The position numbers and the translations under genes were made by a program. Shown here in pieces: positions 17,537-25,926 of a stretch of 64,000 bases of DNA (the stretch's first letter is position 1; every line of letters begins with the position of its first letter). The DNA comes from an uncultured Clostridia bacterium (GTDB taxonomy: Bacteria > Bacillota > Clostridia > Christensenellales > UBA1242): positions 33,604 through 97,603 of the forward strand of contig CANQKH010000001.1 in assembly GCA_947624415.1 (NCBI GenBank), read 5' to 3'. The notes beneath the pieces are model-generated. The model was not told the DNA's origin. It did not search any database and saw nothing but the letters and a program-made list of their open reading frames with translations.

Positions 17537-18649
17537 ATGGAAAGATTGAGCAAAAAGGACATTCCTTTATATTTAGAATGTGGGCAAATGACCTTGCCAT
17601 TTTTAGAAAATCAATACGTTTTGGAAATGGTGCTGAGAGATTATATTGCAAATCTTAAAAGAGGTGATGAGGCAAGTATATTGTCAAGCCTATACAACTG
17701 GATTGCATTAAAGGTTAAGTATACCGATGATGAAGAATTTCAAAGGCAAAACAAATTTCATCGCAATGCAAAAGAGATTTGGGAAAGCAAACTTAGCACA
17801 GGTTGCACAGATTATGCACTTGTGTTTTCAACACTTGCAAGGCAAATAGGAGTGCCAACAACTATTTTGCACACAGCGGAAGAAAATTGGGTTAAAAACT
17901 TGTTGGCAGGAAGGGAGTTTAAAGCCTATAAGGGACATACATTTTGTGAGTGCTTTTATTGTGGTGAATGGGTGCTTGTCGACCCAACGGCAAGAAAAGT
18001 TATAAAGGGTTACAATCCAAACAAAATTGAATTGACGAATGAAAACAATGTGTATATTCCCTATTTGCGAACAATTGATTTGATGGGCAAAACTTCTTTA
18101 AAGGAACATAATTTGGATATGGAGGAAAGGTGCAAAAAACTTTCGCTATTTGAAAATGATATAAAAATTGTGAAGGCCAGTCAAAATCATTATGAGGGCA
18201 TAAAAGATTTGCTTGTCCAACTCCAAGAATATATTGTAGAAATTGATAAATATAAATTAAACGTTTTGACAAAAGGATATAGAGAGGGTTATTTCAAAAA
18301 GACTTTAGATGAGAGTTTTAATGGTGGCGGAACAATGCTTGTTGCCGAGAAGAATGGCGAAGTTGTGGGTATGGTGGCAGGACATATGCGAAAATATTAT
18401 AAGGAAGACCGCCTTGACTACTCATGTCCCAAAATGGGAATTATTGAGGAACTCATTGTAAAGAAAGGTGAAAGAAATGGAGGAATAGGCAAAAAACTTG
18501 TCATGCAAATGGAAAAATATTTTGCCGACCAAGGTTGTGAATATGTTCAACTTGATGTATTTGCTTACAATTTAAATGCTTATGAATTTTATTTAAAAGA
18601 AAATTATGAACCCAGACTTTTAGGACTTATAAAAAAATTAAAAAATTAA
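17537..18649 (+). CDS. Fusion: transglutaminase-like cysteine protease core + GNAT acetyltransferase
   Basis: Cys-His-Asp triad context TGCTDYALVF...GHTFCECF...WVLVDPT. C-terminal GNAT region (VAEKNGEVVGMVAG..., KKGERNGGIGKKLV). Confidence 0.75.
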   Translation: MERLSKKDIPLYLECGQMTLPFLENQYVLEMVLRDYIANLKRGDEASILSSLYNWIALKVKYTDDEEFQRQNKFHRNAKEIWESKLSTGCTDYALVFSTLARQIGVPTTILHTAEENWVKNLLAGREFKAYKGHTFCECFYCGEWVLVDPTARKVIKGYNPNKIELTNENNVYIPYLRTIDLMGKTSLKEHNLDMEERCKKLSLFENDIKIVKASQNHYEGIKDLLVQLQEYIVEIDKYKLNVLTKGYREGYFKKTLDESFNGGGTMLVAEKNGEVVGMVAGHMRKYYKEDRLDYSCPKMGIIEELIVKKGERNGGIGKKLVMQMEKYFADQGCEYVQLDVFAYNLNAYEFYLKENYEPRLLGLIKKLKN

Positions 18650-18768
18650 TAAGTAAAAACATTTATTCAGCCCTTATTTAGCGGAGAAAAAATGATTTTG
18701 AAATTCAAAAAAATATTATTTAATTAACTTTTTAAATTAGAAAAAAATAAAAAACAAAGGAGAAAAAA

Positions 18769-19299
18769 ATGAAAGTAGTTATAGCCACAAAAAATCAAGG
18801 AAAAATAGAAGGGGCAAGAAAGGCACTTGCAAGTTATTTTAAAGATTTTGAAATTGAGGGAATACCTGCACCATCGGATGTGGGCGACCAGCCAGTGAAT
18901 GAAGAAATTTATATTGGTGCAAAGAATAGAGTAAAAAATTTAAAAGCCTACTGCAAGCAAAATGGGATTGAAGCCCAACTTTATTTGGCAGTTGAAAGTG
19001 GTGTTTTCAATTCACTTGGAAAGTGGATGGTTACAAATATTGCAGTGATTGAGGATGACAAGGATTTTGAAAGTTGGGGGACAAGCCCATCATTTCCAAT
19101 TCCAGACAACTTTATTGACGAAATTATTGCTACAGATTTAAGTCAGTTTACAAATAAGATTTTTGGCAAAGATGATGACAGGCACAATCATGGCGGAGCA
19201 ATTCAACTACTCACAAAGAATAAGATTTCTCGCATTGACCTAAATGAATTTGCTTTTACTATGGCTCTTATTAAGTATCTAAATAAAGAGTGGAACTAA
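18769..19299 (+). CDS. Inosine/xanthosine triphosphatase-like NTPase (DUF84, YjjX family)
   Basis: 176 aa. MKVVIATKNQGKIEGARKA..., SDVGDQP and LAVESGV segments align with my memory of YjjX. Confidence 0.75.
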   Translation: MKVVIATKNQGKIEGARKALASYFKDFEIEGIPAPSDVGDQPVNEEIYIGAKNRVKNLKAYCKQNGIEAQLYLAVESGVFNSLGKWMVTNIAVIEDDKDFESWGTSPSFPIPDNFIDEIIATDLSQFTNKIFGKDDDRHNHGGAIQLLTKNKISRIDLNEFAFTMALIKYLNKEWN

Positions 19300-19397
19300 G
19301 CCTTGCTCGATGTTTTAAAGGTGGAAGTTTTATAAACAGATAATAAAGATTTTGCTTTGAAATAAATTTGTGTTAAAATACCTTTTAAGGAGAATAT

Positions 19398-20003
19398 ATG
19401 GAAATAAAACTTAATTATCAAAGTTCTATAAATATAGATGGCATTATATATTTTGACCCTATAAAAATCAAAGAGGGGCGAGCGAAATACATATTTTTGA
19501 CTCATCCGCACTATGACCACTTTTCTGTTGAGGACATAAGTAAGATATTACAAGGAAATACAAAGATAATTTGTCCAAAATCAATGGTGGCGGAGGTGGC
19601 AAAACACTTTGCAAATGAGATTATAGAAGTTGAGCCTAATAAGTCATACAAAGTTGACGACCTGCAATTTTCAACCTTTCCTTGCTACAATATAAACAAG
19701 CCATATCATTTAAAAGAATATGGTTGGGTTGGTTATAGCCTACTTTATGAGGGCAAGCGTGTTGTTGTAGTGGGAGATAGTGATGCAACAAATGAAATTG
19801 AAGGCTTAAAGGCAGATATACTTTTATTGCCTATTGGTGGAAAATTTACAATGAATGTTGAAGAAGGGGCAGAAGTTACAAACATTATAAATCCAGATAT
19901 TGCAATTCCAATCCACTATGGCGATATAGTTGGTGACAAAAATGACGGAATGCGATTTGCAAGTTTGTTAAACAAAAATATAGAATGTAAAATTTTAAGG
20001 TAG
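19398..20003 (+). CDS. MBL-fold metal-dependent hydrolase (COG2220-like)
   Basis: LTHPHYDHF motif, 201 aa, TAG stop. Confidence 0.75.
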   Translation: MEIKLNYQSSINIDGIIYFDPIKIKEGRAKYIFLTHPHYDHFSVEDISKILQGNTKIICPKSMVAEVAKHFANEIIEVEPNKSYKVDDLQFSTFPCYNINKPYHLKEYGWVGYSLLYEGKRVVVVGDSDATNEIEGLKADILLLPIGGKFTMNVEEGAEVTNIINPDIAIPIHYGDIVGDKNDGMRFASLLNKNIECKILR

Positions 20004-20010
20004 GGAAATT

Positions 20011-20838
20011 ATGGAATACAAAAAATTTAATCAAACAGAAAAGTTTAAGGGCGAAACAAATGTAACTTATGAATACAATATTGAAGATGGCGACATAAAC
20101 TATTGTATTGTAGATGTAAAGGGAAGATTTCCAAAGCGAGGATATGCAATAAACAGGGGATGTAAACAAATGGCACATATTCTTGCAGGAGAAGGCAAAC
20201 TTGTAGTAAATGATAAATCATATAATCTTGAAAAAGATGACGTTGTCCTTATTGGCAGGGGTGAAATGTATTACTGGGAAGGAGAAATGAGATTGGGAGT
20301 GCCTTGTGCTCCAGCCTGGACGCCAGAGCAACACCTAGAACTAGATTTCAAAAAGATTGAAGAGAAAGACAAGGAGCAATTGTTTGCACTTATAGATAAG
20401 GTCTTAAATGGTCTTGAAGATAAAGAATATTTTATTCCTTATGAGCAATGGGAATATGAAAGTATGTTTGACGAGAAGAATTATGCTCCGCTTTATGGTG
20501 CATACGACGGGGATAAACTTGTAGGAATGGCTCAACTTTACATTTCTCAAGATATGCTTGCCGATTTTAAAAAAGAGTATGGACTTGAAGATAAAAGAGT
20601 TTGCGAGTTGGGAGGCAACTTGGTTTTACCTTAGTATCGTGGGCTTGGCATAACAACGATGTTACAGAAAATTGAATTGCAACTTGCAAAAACGCTTAAC
20701 TTTGATTATATTATTTCAATGGCACACCCTAAAAACATAGGCAGTCTAAAAACACTTGAAAAGATAGGATTACAATTTGTAAAAGAGACAAGATTGACAA
20801 ATGGATTTTTAAGAAGTTTGTATATGCTCAAATTATAA
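20011..20838 (+). pseudogene. Cupin + GNAT acetyltransferase gene interrupted by one in-frame TAG
   Basis: Frame continues GGNLVLP-TAG(20632-20634)-YRGLGITTMLQKIELQLAK...EKIGLQFVKE to TAA at 20836-20838. The stop sits inside GNAT motif A (V.P.YRG.GI). Confidence 0.65.
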
Positions 20839-20978
20839 ACTTTGTGGGGTAAAAAATTCACCTTCCCATAAAACAATAAAAGCTTTTTACAATTTGCACT
20901 TTTCAAGGGTTGCCCTATTCTAGGTGTCAAATATCTTGAAGGCTGGGCATAAAAACAAATATTAAAAGTGGAGGCAAT

Positions 20979-21311
20979 GTGAAATTTTTAAATTTAAGAG
21001 AAGGTTACAGCGTGGAAAGTGCAATAGCAACAGTTGAAATTGAAGTGGAGTTCACGCGTAAAGAAGGCGGAGGAATAATTAAAGTCCTTCACGGTTATGG
21101 CTCACACGGAAAGGGTGGGGTGATTTGCGTTGAACTTAGAAAAACGCTGGCACGCTGGAAAAGAAGCAATTTTATTAAAGAATTTTATTGTGGAGATAAA
21201 TGGAATATTTTTGACCCAGAAATACTTAAAGTGCTTGGGCAGGATAAAACAATTTATGGCGACCCAGACCTATTCTATCCAAATCCGGGCATATCAATAA
21301 TTGTTGTTTAG
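20979..21311 (+). CDS. Stand-alone Smr-domain protein
   Basis: GTG start after GTGGAGG. KVLHGYGSHGKGGV matches the Smr HG.G core. 110 aa. Confidence 0.6.
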   Translation: MKFLNLREGYSVESAIATVEIEVEFTRKEGGGIIKVLHGYGSHGKGGVICVELRKTLARWKRSNFIKEFYCGDKWNIFDPEILKVLGQDKTIYGDPDLFYPNPGISIIVV

Positions 21312-21425
21312 AAAAAGGCTTAATTTTGCCCTATAATGGGGGAAATAAATATTTTATTTTTAAAAACATTATTAATTTAATTGAAATATTTTTTTATTTT
21401 TAATATAATAATTTTAGGAGTTATT

Positions 21426-22013
21426 ATGGAAGCGAAAGATGAATTTTTGGAAATATTTTACGACAATATTGAAAGGGATGGCTCAGAGCGACTTGTGGAA
21501 TGGCTTGAAAAGTCTGATTTTTTCACCTGCCCTGCAAGTGCAAGACGACATAGTGCCTATAAAGGTGGCCTATGTCAACATTCAATAAATGTGTATAAAA
21601 GATTAGTTAAACTGCTTGAGGGCGAATATGGAAGCCAGTGGAGCAAAAAGGTGAGCCCAGAAAGTGTTGCAATTATGGGGCTGTTACATGATGTTTGCAA
21701 AGTGGGGACTTACGTTGAAGACTTAAAGAATGTAAAGGTTGATGGCAAATGGGAACAAAAGCCATATTATAGAGTGGAAGACAGTTTGCCATATGGGCAT
21801 GGAGAAAAATCCGTCTACATTCTTTCTGCATTTATAAAGTTGACCCGCGAGGAAGCCCTTGCCATTAATTGGCATATGGGAGAGTATGATGCAAGAGTTC
21901 AAAATGGTTCGGGTATGCTTTCAGATGTGTTTTATAAATACCCTGTATGCTTTTTATTGCATCTGGCAGATTTGTCGGCTACATATTTAGATGAAAAGTG
22001 CGAAACATTATAA
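21426..22013 (+). CDS. HD-domain phosphohydrolase (YhaM C-terminal-like)
   Basis: RRHSAYKGGLCQHS and GLLHDVCK motifs. ATG at 21426 follows AGGAG. The upstream extension from 21381 has no SD or other start support. Confidence 0.7.
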   Translation: MEAKDEFLEIFYDNIERDGSERLVEWLEKSDFFTCPASARRHSAYKGGLCQHSINVYKRLVKLLEGEYGSQWSKKVSPESVAIMGLLHDVCKVGTYVEDLKNVKVDGKWEQKPYYRVEDSLPYGHGEKSVYILSAFIKLTREEALAINWHMGEYDARVQNGSGMLSDVFYKYPVCFLLHLADLSATYLDEKCETL

Positions 22014-22115
22014 TGTATAATGATATTTTGTTATTAATTACATATTATAATAATAGCATGGGGGCATAAAAAGAAAAATACTTTCAAAAAACTAAAAAAT
22101 TTTTTAAATTGAGTA

Positions 22116-22144
22116 TTGACATCGCAAAAAATATCTAGTATAAT
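22116..22144 (+). promoter_or_regulatory. Consensus sigma-A promoter
   Basis: TTGACA (22116-22121), 17-nt spacer, TATAAT (22139-22144), then AGGAGG SD and ATG at 22172. Confidence 0.75.
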
Positions 22145-22171
22145 ATAGGTAAGAATAGGAGGTTTAGACTT

Positions 22172-24451
22172 ATGGCTGATCGAACTGTAAATAACGATAG
22201 AGAGGCTCTTGCAACTTTAGTGAGAGATTTAAAGGCAAGAGAACAAGAATTAAACAATCAAATTGCAGAGCAACAAAAGCATATTGAAGAACTTGAGAAA
22301 AAGGGCTCTTCTCCTGCAAGAAGAAAGACAACTACGTCAAGAAGAACTTTGAACCAACAAACACAAGGAATCGCTGACGAATATACAGCTTTACTCAATG
22401 ATCAAAAATACATTGATGAAGTTGAGGGCAACAAGATTCTTCTTGAAGAACTTGAAGGGCTTAAAGCAGAAGTTGAGGACTACAGAAAAGCATACGAGAA
22501 TGTTCAAAAGCAATATGAGGCTCTTTCAAAGGTAGTGCCAGGGGCAGATGCCGTTGAAGAAGCAAGAGTTGCAAATGAAAACTTGCAAGAACTCAATGGT
22601 TGGTATGGAGAACTTCTAGAAGGATATCAACAAAGAACTGCAGAATGCAAAGAATTAAGTGATTATTATGGCAACCTTTTAGAAGGTTACGATAAACTTA
22701 AAGATAAAGAAAATTCTCTCGAAACTCAAATCGTTACACTTAGAAAAAGATCAAAAGATTTATTGTCAACAGCAAAGACTTATAAAGCTGAGGCTTTAAG
22801 GTTGGCAGAAAACATAAGACAAATAAAAATTAGAGAAGGCGTTAACAGCCGTGATGGACACCTTATTGATGCTTTGGAACTTGCATTTAATGAAAACGTT
22901 CCTCAAAACGAAAGAATCCAACACTCTGATGACGACTATACAAGACGTAAAAAACTTGCTGACATGATTAAGGCTTCTCAATCAAGAAAGGCTAGAGGCA
23001 CAAGCAAGAGTTATGAAGAAACTATGAAGAGAGCATACGAGAACGTCGCTTATCTTCTTGCACCAAACGCAAGTGATAATGACGCCGTTGCTGAAATTGC
23101 AGGTTTATACAAATTATATGGTTTAACTTATCGCGAAGACTCAGCAACAGATCTTCTTAAAGAAGTTGCTAAGACTAGAACTGAAGCAAGAGTTGCCGAC
23201 CTAACAAGAGGTAAAGGACAAAAAGGTTTTGTAAAGAAATTAATTGGCTTTGGACTCGCTGTTGTTACAGGGCTAACAATTCTTGGGGTTGCTTTAGGTT
23301 TAGCGCCAAAACAAGCGGTTGACAATCGTAGACTTGGAGATGAGTTGGGTGAATCTCAAAATCAAACACTGATAGCAAACCAAGAAAGCGAATTTTCTAA
23401 ATATTTAGGAGAAGATGCAAACAACGTTGGAAAACACTATGGAGAACTTAATGCTGTTGTTGACACAGCAACACAGGTATTCGATAACAATGGAATCACA
23501 CCTTCTTCATTAAGTGCAGTTTCTGTTCGTGGAGCGGGTGAAGACGTTTATACATGGGATGCAGTTCAAACTGCAAAATCAGATGTTGAGGCTTTCTACA
23601 AACTTGATGACCAAGGCAAGCTTGACCCATCTTGTGATTATGCTAAGGCAGTTGAAAGTTATCGTTCAAACATTCAAGGCGGACTTGCAAACTTTACTCA
23701 AGACCTTGCAGATTATCAAGCAGGATACCTTTCAGAATCAAACCCACTTGTATCCGTTATGGAATATACAAATATAGCTGCTGAAAAGAATGCATACGTT
23801 CAAGCCGCTACACCTGCATTACTTTCTGAACTTGGATTTACAACATCTCAAGACGGAACAATCGAAGTTGATGTTAACAACGATGCTGTTATCGAATACA
23901 ATGATGTTTTGAGAGATAATTCTTTAGGTGGAATGGCAGTTAGCGTTGATGCTGCTAAATATACAAAGGCAACTGGAGGAGTTGAACTTTTAGTTAGATG
24001 CGTTGATAGAAGAGACAGAGAATTTACATCAGTTATAAAATACACAATTGCTCCAAATCAATCATACGTTTCTGCAAAAACACTTCTTTCTCCACTCGCT
24101 GAGCAAAAGGTTGATGCAACAAGAACAAGTTACAACAGATCTCTTGAAGTTAATGCAGATTCTGCAACTGTAAACTTTGATGGCCAAGAAGTAAGTGGCG
24201 CTCTTGAAGTTGCTTGCTCAATTACAACAAAATACAACGAAAAGAGTGATACAACAACTGTTAAGGCATCTGCTCTTGTATTAGTTGATGGTCAATATAA
24301 AGAATTTTCAGTTGAAAAGACATTTGATGGTGTTAAGAAGGCAAGCGAAGTTGAAAATACAATGAAAGCATCACTTGTTAAATCTATAAACAGAGCAACT
24401 GGTGCTCAATTAGAGATGGTTTCTCCATCATCAGAATTAGAAAAACAATAA
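22172..24451 (+). CDS. Coiled-coil / single-TM / large extracytoplasmic-domain protein, function unknown
   Basis: 759 aa. The N-terminal ~340 aa are heptad-like and charged. TM segment LIGFGLAVVTGLTILGVALGL. Codon choice looks different from neighbours (more GCT/GTT/CGT/AAC). Confidence 0.7.
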   Translation: MADRTVNNDREALATLVRDLKAREQELNNQIAEQQKHIEELEKKGSSPARRKTTTSRRTLNQQTQGIADEYTALLNDQKYIDEVEGNKILLEELEGLKAEVEDYRKAYENVQKQYEALSKVVPGADAVEEARVANENLQELNGWYGELLEGYQQRTAECKELSDYYGNLLEGYDKLKDKENSLETQIVTLRKRSKDLLSTAKTYKAEALRLAENIRQIKIREGVNSRDGHLIDALELAFNENVPQNERIQHSDDDYTRRKKLADMIKASQSRKARGTSKSYEETMKRAYENVAYLLAPNASDNDAVAEIAGLYKLYGLTYREDSATDLLKEVAKTRTEARVADLTRGKGQKGFVKKLIGFGLAVVTGLTILGVALGLAPKQAVDNRRLGDELGESQNQTLIANQESEFSKYLGEDANNVGKHYGELNAVVDTATQVFDNNGITPSSLSAVSVRGAGEDVYTWDAVQTAKSDVEAFYKLDDQGKLDPSCDYAKAVESYRSNIQGGLANFTQDLADYQAGYLSESNPLVSVMEYTNIAAEKNAYVQAATPALLSELGFTTSQDGTIEVDVNNDAVIEYNDVLRDNSLGGMAVSVDAAKYTKATGGVELLVRCVDRRDREFTSVIKYTIAPNQSYVSAKTLLSPLAEQKVDATRTSYNRSLEVNADSATVNFDGQEVSGALEVACSITTKYNEKSDTTTVKASALVLVDGQYKEFSVEKTFDGVKKASEVENTMKASLVKSINRATGAQLEMVSPSSELEKQ

Positions 24452-24532
24452 ATTAAGAGGGGATTAATTCCTCTCTTTTTTTGTTGCTATATCAAAAAAT
24501 AAGCCTTTTTGTTACATTATTCAAAAAAACTA

Positions 24533-24561
24533 TTGAAAATAAATTAAATTTTTGCTATAAT
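24533..24561 (+). promoter_or_regulatory. Sigma-A promoter with extended -10
   Basis: TTGAAA (24533-24538), 17-nt spacer ending in TGc, TATAAT (24556-24561). SD AAAGGAGAG and ATG at 24582. Confidence 0.65.
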
Positions 24562-24581
24562 ATAATCAAAGGAGAGAACTT

Positions 24582-25463
24582 ATGGACTATATTGAATACT
24601 TAAATGGAAAAATTCAAGGGAAAATAGAGGGGTTAAGCGATGAGCAAAAAGCAACTATTTTAGATGCTGATGCGAAAAGGGCAAGCCTGAGCAACAAATA
24701 TCGTTTATACAACCAACTTTTTAGGAATGTAATTTTGGAATTTAAAAAACTTGACAAGTCATATGCAAATCTTAAACGTAATATACCAGCACTTGGAAGG
24801 TTTTTTCGTGATGACGGACGCTGGCGTGTTGACAATGACCTTATTGCTTGGAATCTTCCAAGTGCTTTTGACAATATTGTAAACAAGATTGAAGGATTAA
24901 AAGGTCATATTTACGACTGGGAAAAGACAGGAAAGGCACGTCTTGAAAAAGCAATCGAGTGGACTGAAAATGAGGATACAAAAAAGAAAATAAGTTCATT
25001 TGAAGAAAAAATGGACAGTTTCGTTGAAGATGTCTTAAAGCCTCTTGTTGAAGTGCATTATCCTGCTTATGAAAAATGCAGAAAGGATATTGGCGACCAA
25101 TTTCTTAGAAAATATGCTATTGAGCAGAGCGTTTATCACGATGTGTTAAAAGAAGAAATAGATACTCCGGAAATGAAGGAATTTATAAGAACTCACGTAA
25201 TTGGAAAAGAAGTTCCAGTCCTTGACCCTGCACAACACACTGAAATAAATACTAATGAATATATAATTCAAAATGAAAGACTTGACGTTTTAAAAGATTT
25301 CATAAGTTCTTACAATAGATTAGGTGAAAATCTTGATTACTCCAAGGCAGAAGACACCCAACTCGTTTCTCAGGTAAGAGAAGAGGTTGACAAACTCAAA
25401 GAAGAAGGGGCACAAGAGCCTGCAAACGACTTAGATTTTGGCAAATTTGTAACTTGGTATTAA
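24582..25463 (+). CDS. Hypothetical cytoplasmic protein
   Basis: 293-aa ORF with its own promoter and SD. No motif recognised. Confidence 0.6.
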   Translation: MDYIEYLNGKIQGKIEGLSDEQKATILDADAKRASLSNKYRLYNQLFRNVILEFKKLDKSYANLKRNIPALGRFFRDDGRWRVDNDLIAWNLPSAFDNIVNKIEGLKGHIYDWEKTGKARLEKAIEWTENEDTKKKISSFEEKMDSFVEDVLKPLVEVHYPAYEKCRKDIGDQFLRKYAIEQSVYHDVLKEEIDTPEMKEFIRTHVIGKEVPVLDPAQHTEINTNEYIIQNERLDVLKDFISSYNRLGENLDYSKAEDTQLVSQVREEVDKLKEEGAQEPANDLDFGKFVTWY

Positions 25464-25472
25464 TAAAAAAAT

Positions 25473-25574
25473 TAAGGTGGCGTATAGCCGCCTCAAGCCT
25501 AACGCTTGGCGAATATTGCAAGTTTTTCTGTTAATTTGTTTACACTATAAGGTGGCGTATAGCCGCCTTTTTTT
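25473..25574 (+). repeat. Two identical 21-nt hairpin elements 75 bp apart; only the second is a terminator
   Basis: TAAGGTGGCGTATAGCCGCCT occurs at 25473-25493 and 25548-25568 (stem GGTGGC/GCCGCC, loop GTATA). Only the second is followed by TTTTTTT. Confidence 0.65.
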
Positions 25575-25817
25575 ATTTTCAAACAAAAAAAAATGGCTCA
25601 CGCCATTTGGTGGAGAATAGAAGAACCTGCTGATGGCAGAACCTTGTTATCTCCAGTTGCTGACGCAACCTTTTTGTTTTTCAAACAAAAAATGGCTCAC
25701 GCCATTTGGTGGAGAATAGAAGAACCTGCTGATGGCAGAACCTTGTTATCTCCAGTTGCTGACGCAACCTTTTTGTTTTTCAAACAAAAAATGGCTCACG
25801 CCATTTGGTGGAGAATA
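25568..25817 (-). repeat. 99-bp tandem repeat (about 2.4 copies) duplicating the tRNA-Ala 3' end + terminator
   Basis: Period 99 nt (ATGGCTCACGCC at 25593, 25692, 25791). The two full copies read as identical. Each unit, on the minus strand, ends in ...TATTCTCCACCA followed by the hairpin AATGGC-GTGA-GCCATT and Ts. Confidence 0.85.
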
Positions 25818-25882
25818 TCGGAATCGAACCGATGACCTCCTGCTTGCAAGGCAGGCGCTCTAGCCAGCTGAGCTAATCCCCC
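25806..25882 (-). tRNA. tRNA-Ala (anticodon UGC), CCA encoded
   Basis: Minus strand reads GGGGGATTAGCTCAGCTGGCTAGAGCGCCTGCCTTGCAAGCAGGAGGTCATCGGTTCGATTCCGATATTCTCCACCA. Cloverleaf folds, anticodon loop is CTTGCAA, and the G3:U70 identity pair is present. Confidence 0.95.
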
Positions 25883-25897
25883 ATAATCTACTGTTAA

Positions 25898-25926
25898 ATA
25901 TTAGCATATTTTATTCTGTTTGTCAA
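25898..25926 (-). promoter_or_regulatory. Near-consensus sigma-A promoter of tRNA-Ala
   Basis: Minus strand: TTGACA (25926-25921), 17-nt spacer, TAATAT (25903-25898). The tRNA 5' end lies 15 nt downstream of the -10. Confidence 0.75.

Noticed and set aside
17519-17539. coaD and the transglutaminase-GNAT gene are in the same frame, separated only by TGA + 5 codons (possible TGA=Trp recoding or fusion)
   Set aside because: TGG encodes Trp throughout and no long ORF needs TGA read-through. Giant ORFs are uninterrupted under code 11. The coaD product ends at a normal length, and the downstream ATG has its own GAGGGA SD.
18693-18728. 10-codon mini-ORF (MILKFKKILFN) with a GGAG SD upstream of the YjjX-like gene
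   Set aside because: It is too short and AT-rich to distinguish from chance, and no attenuator structure follows it.
20632-20634. TAG reassignment or pyrrolysine as the explanation for the in-frame TAG
   Set aside because: TAG terminates several other genes here (one directly followed by a terminator), RF1 is encoded in the window, and no pyl genes are seen. It is kept only as a low-probability alternative in the finding.
20706-20930. 74-aa minus-strand ORF
   Set aside because: It is antisense to the intact-looking 3' part of the GNAT reading frame, with no SD or promoter.
25568-25817. Possible CRISPR array
   Set aside because: The repeats are directly adjacent 99-bp units with no unique spacers, and no cas genes are in the window.
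25593-25835. 80-aa ORF with an exact 33-aa internal repeat (MAHAIWWRIEEPADGRTLLSPVADATFLFFKQK x2)
   Set aside because: It is the plus-strand translation of the 99-bp tRNA-end/terminator repeat and runs into the antisense of tRNA-Ala. It has no SD, and each unit contains terminator hairpins.
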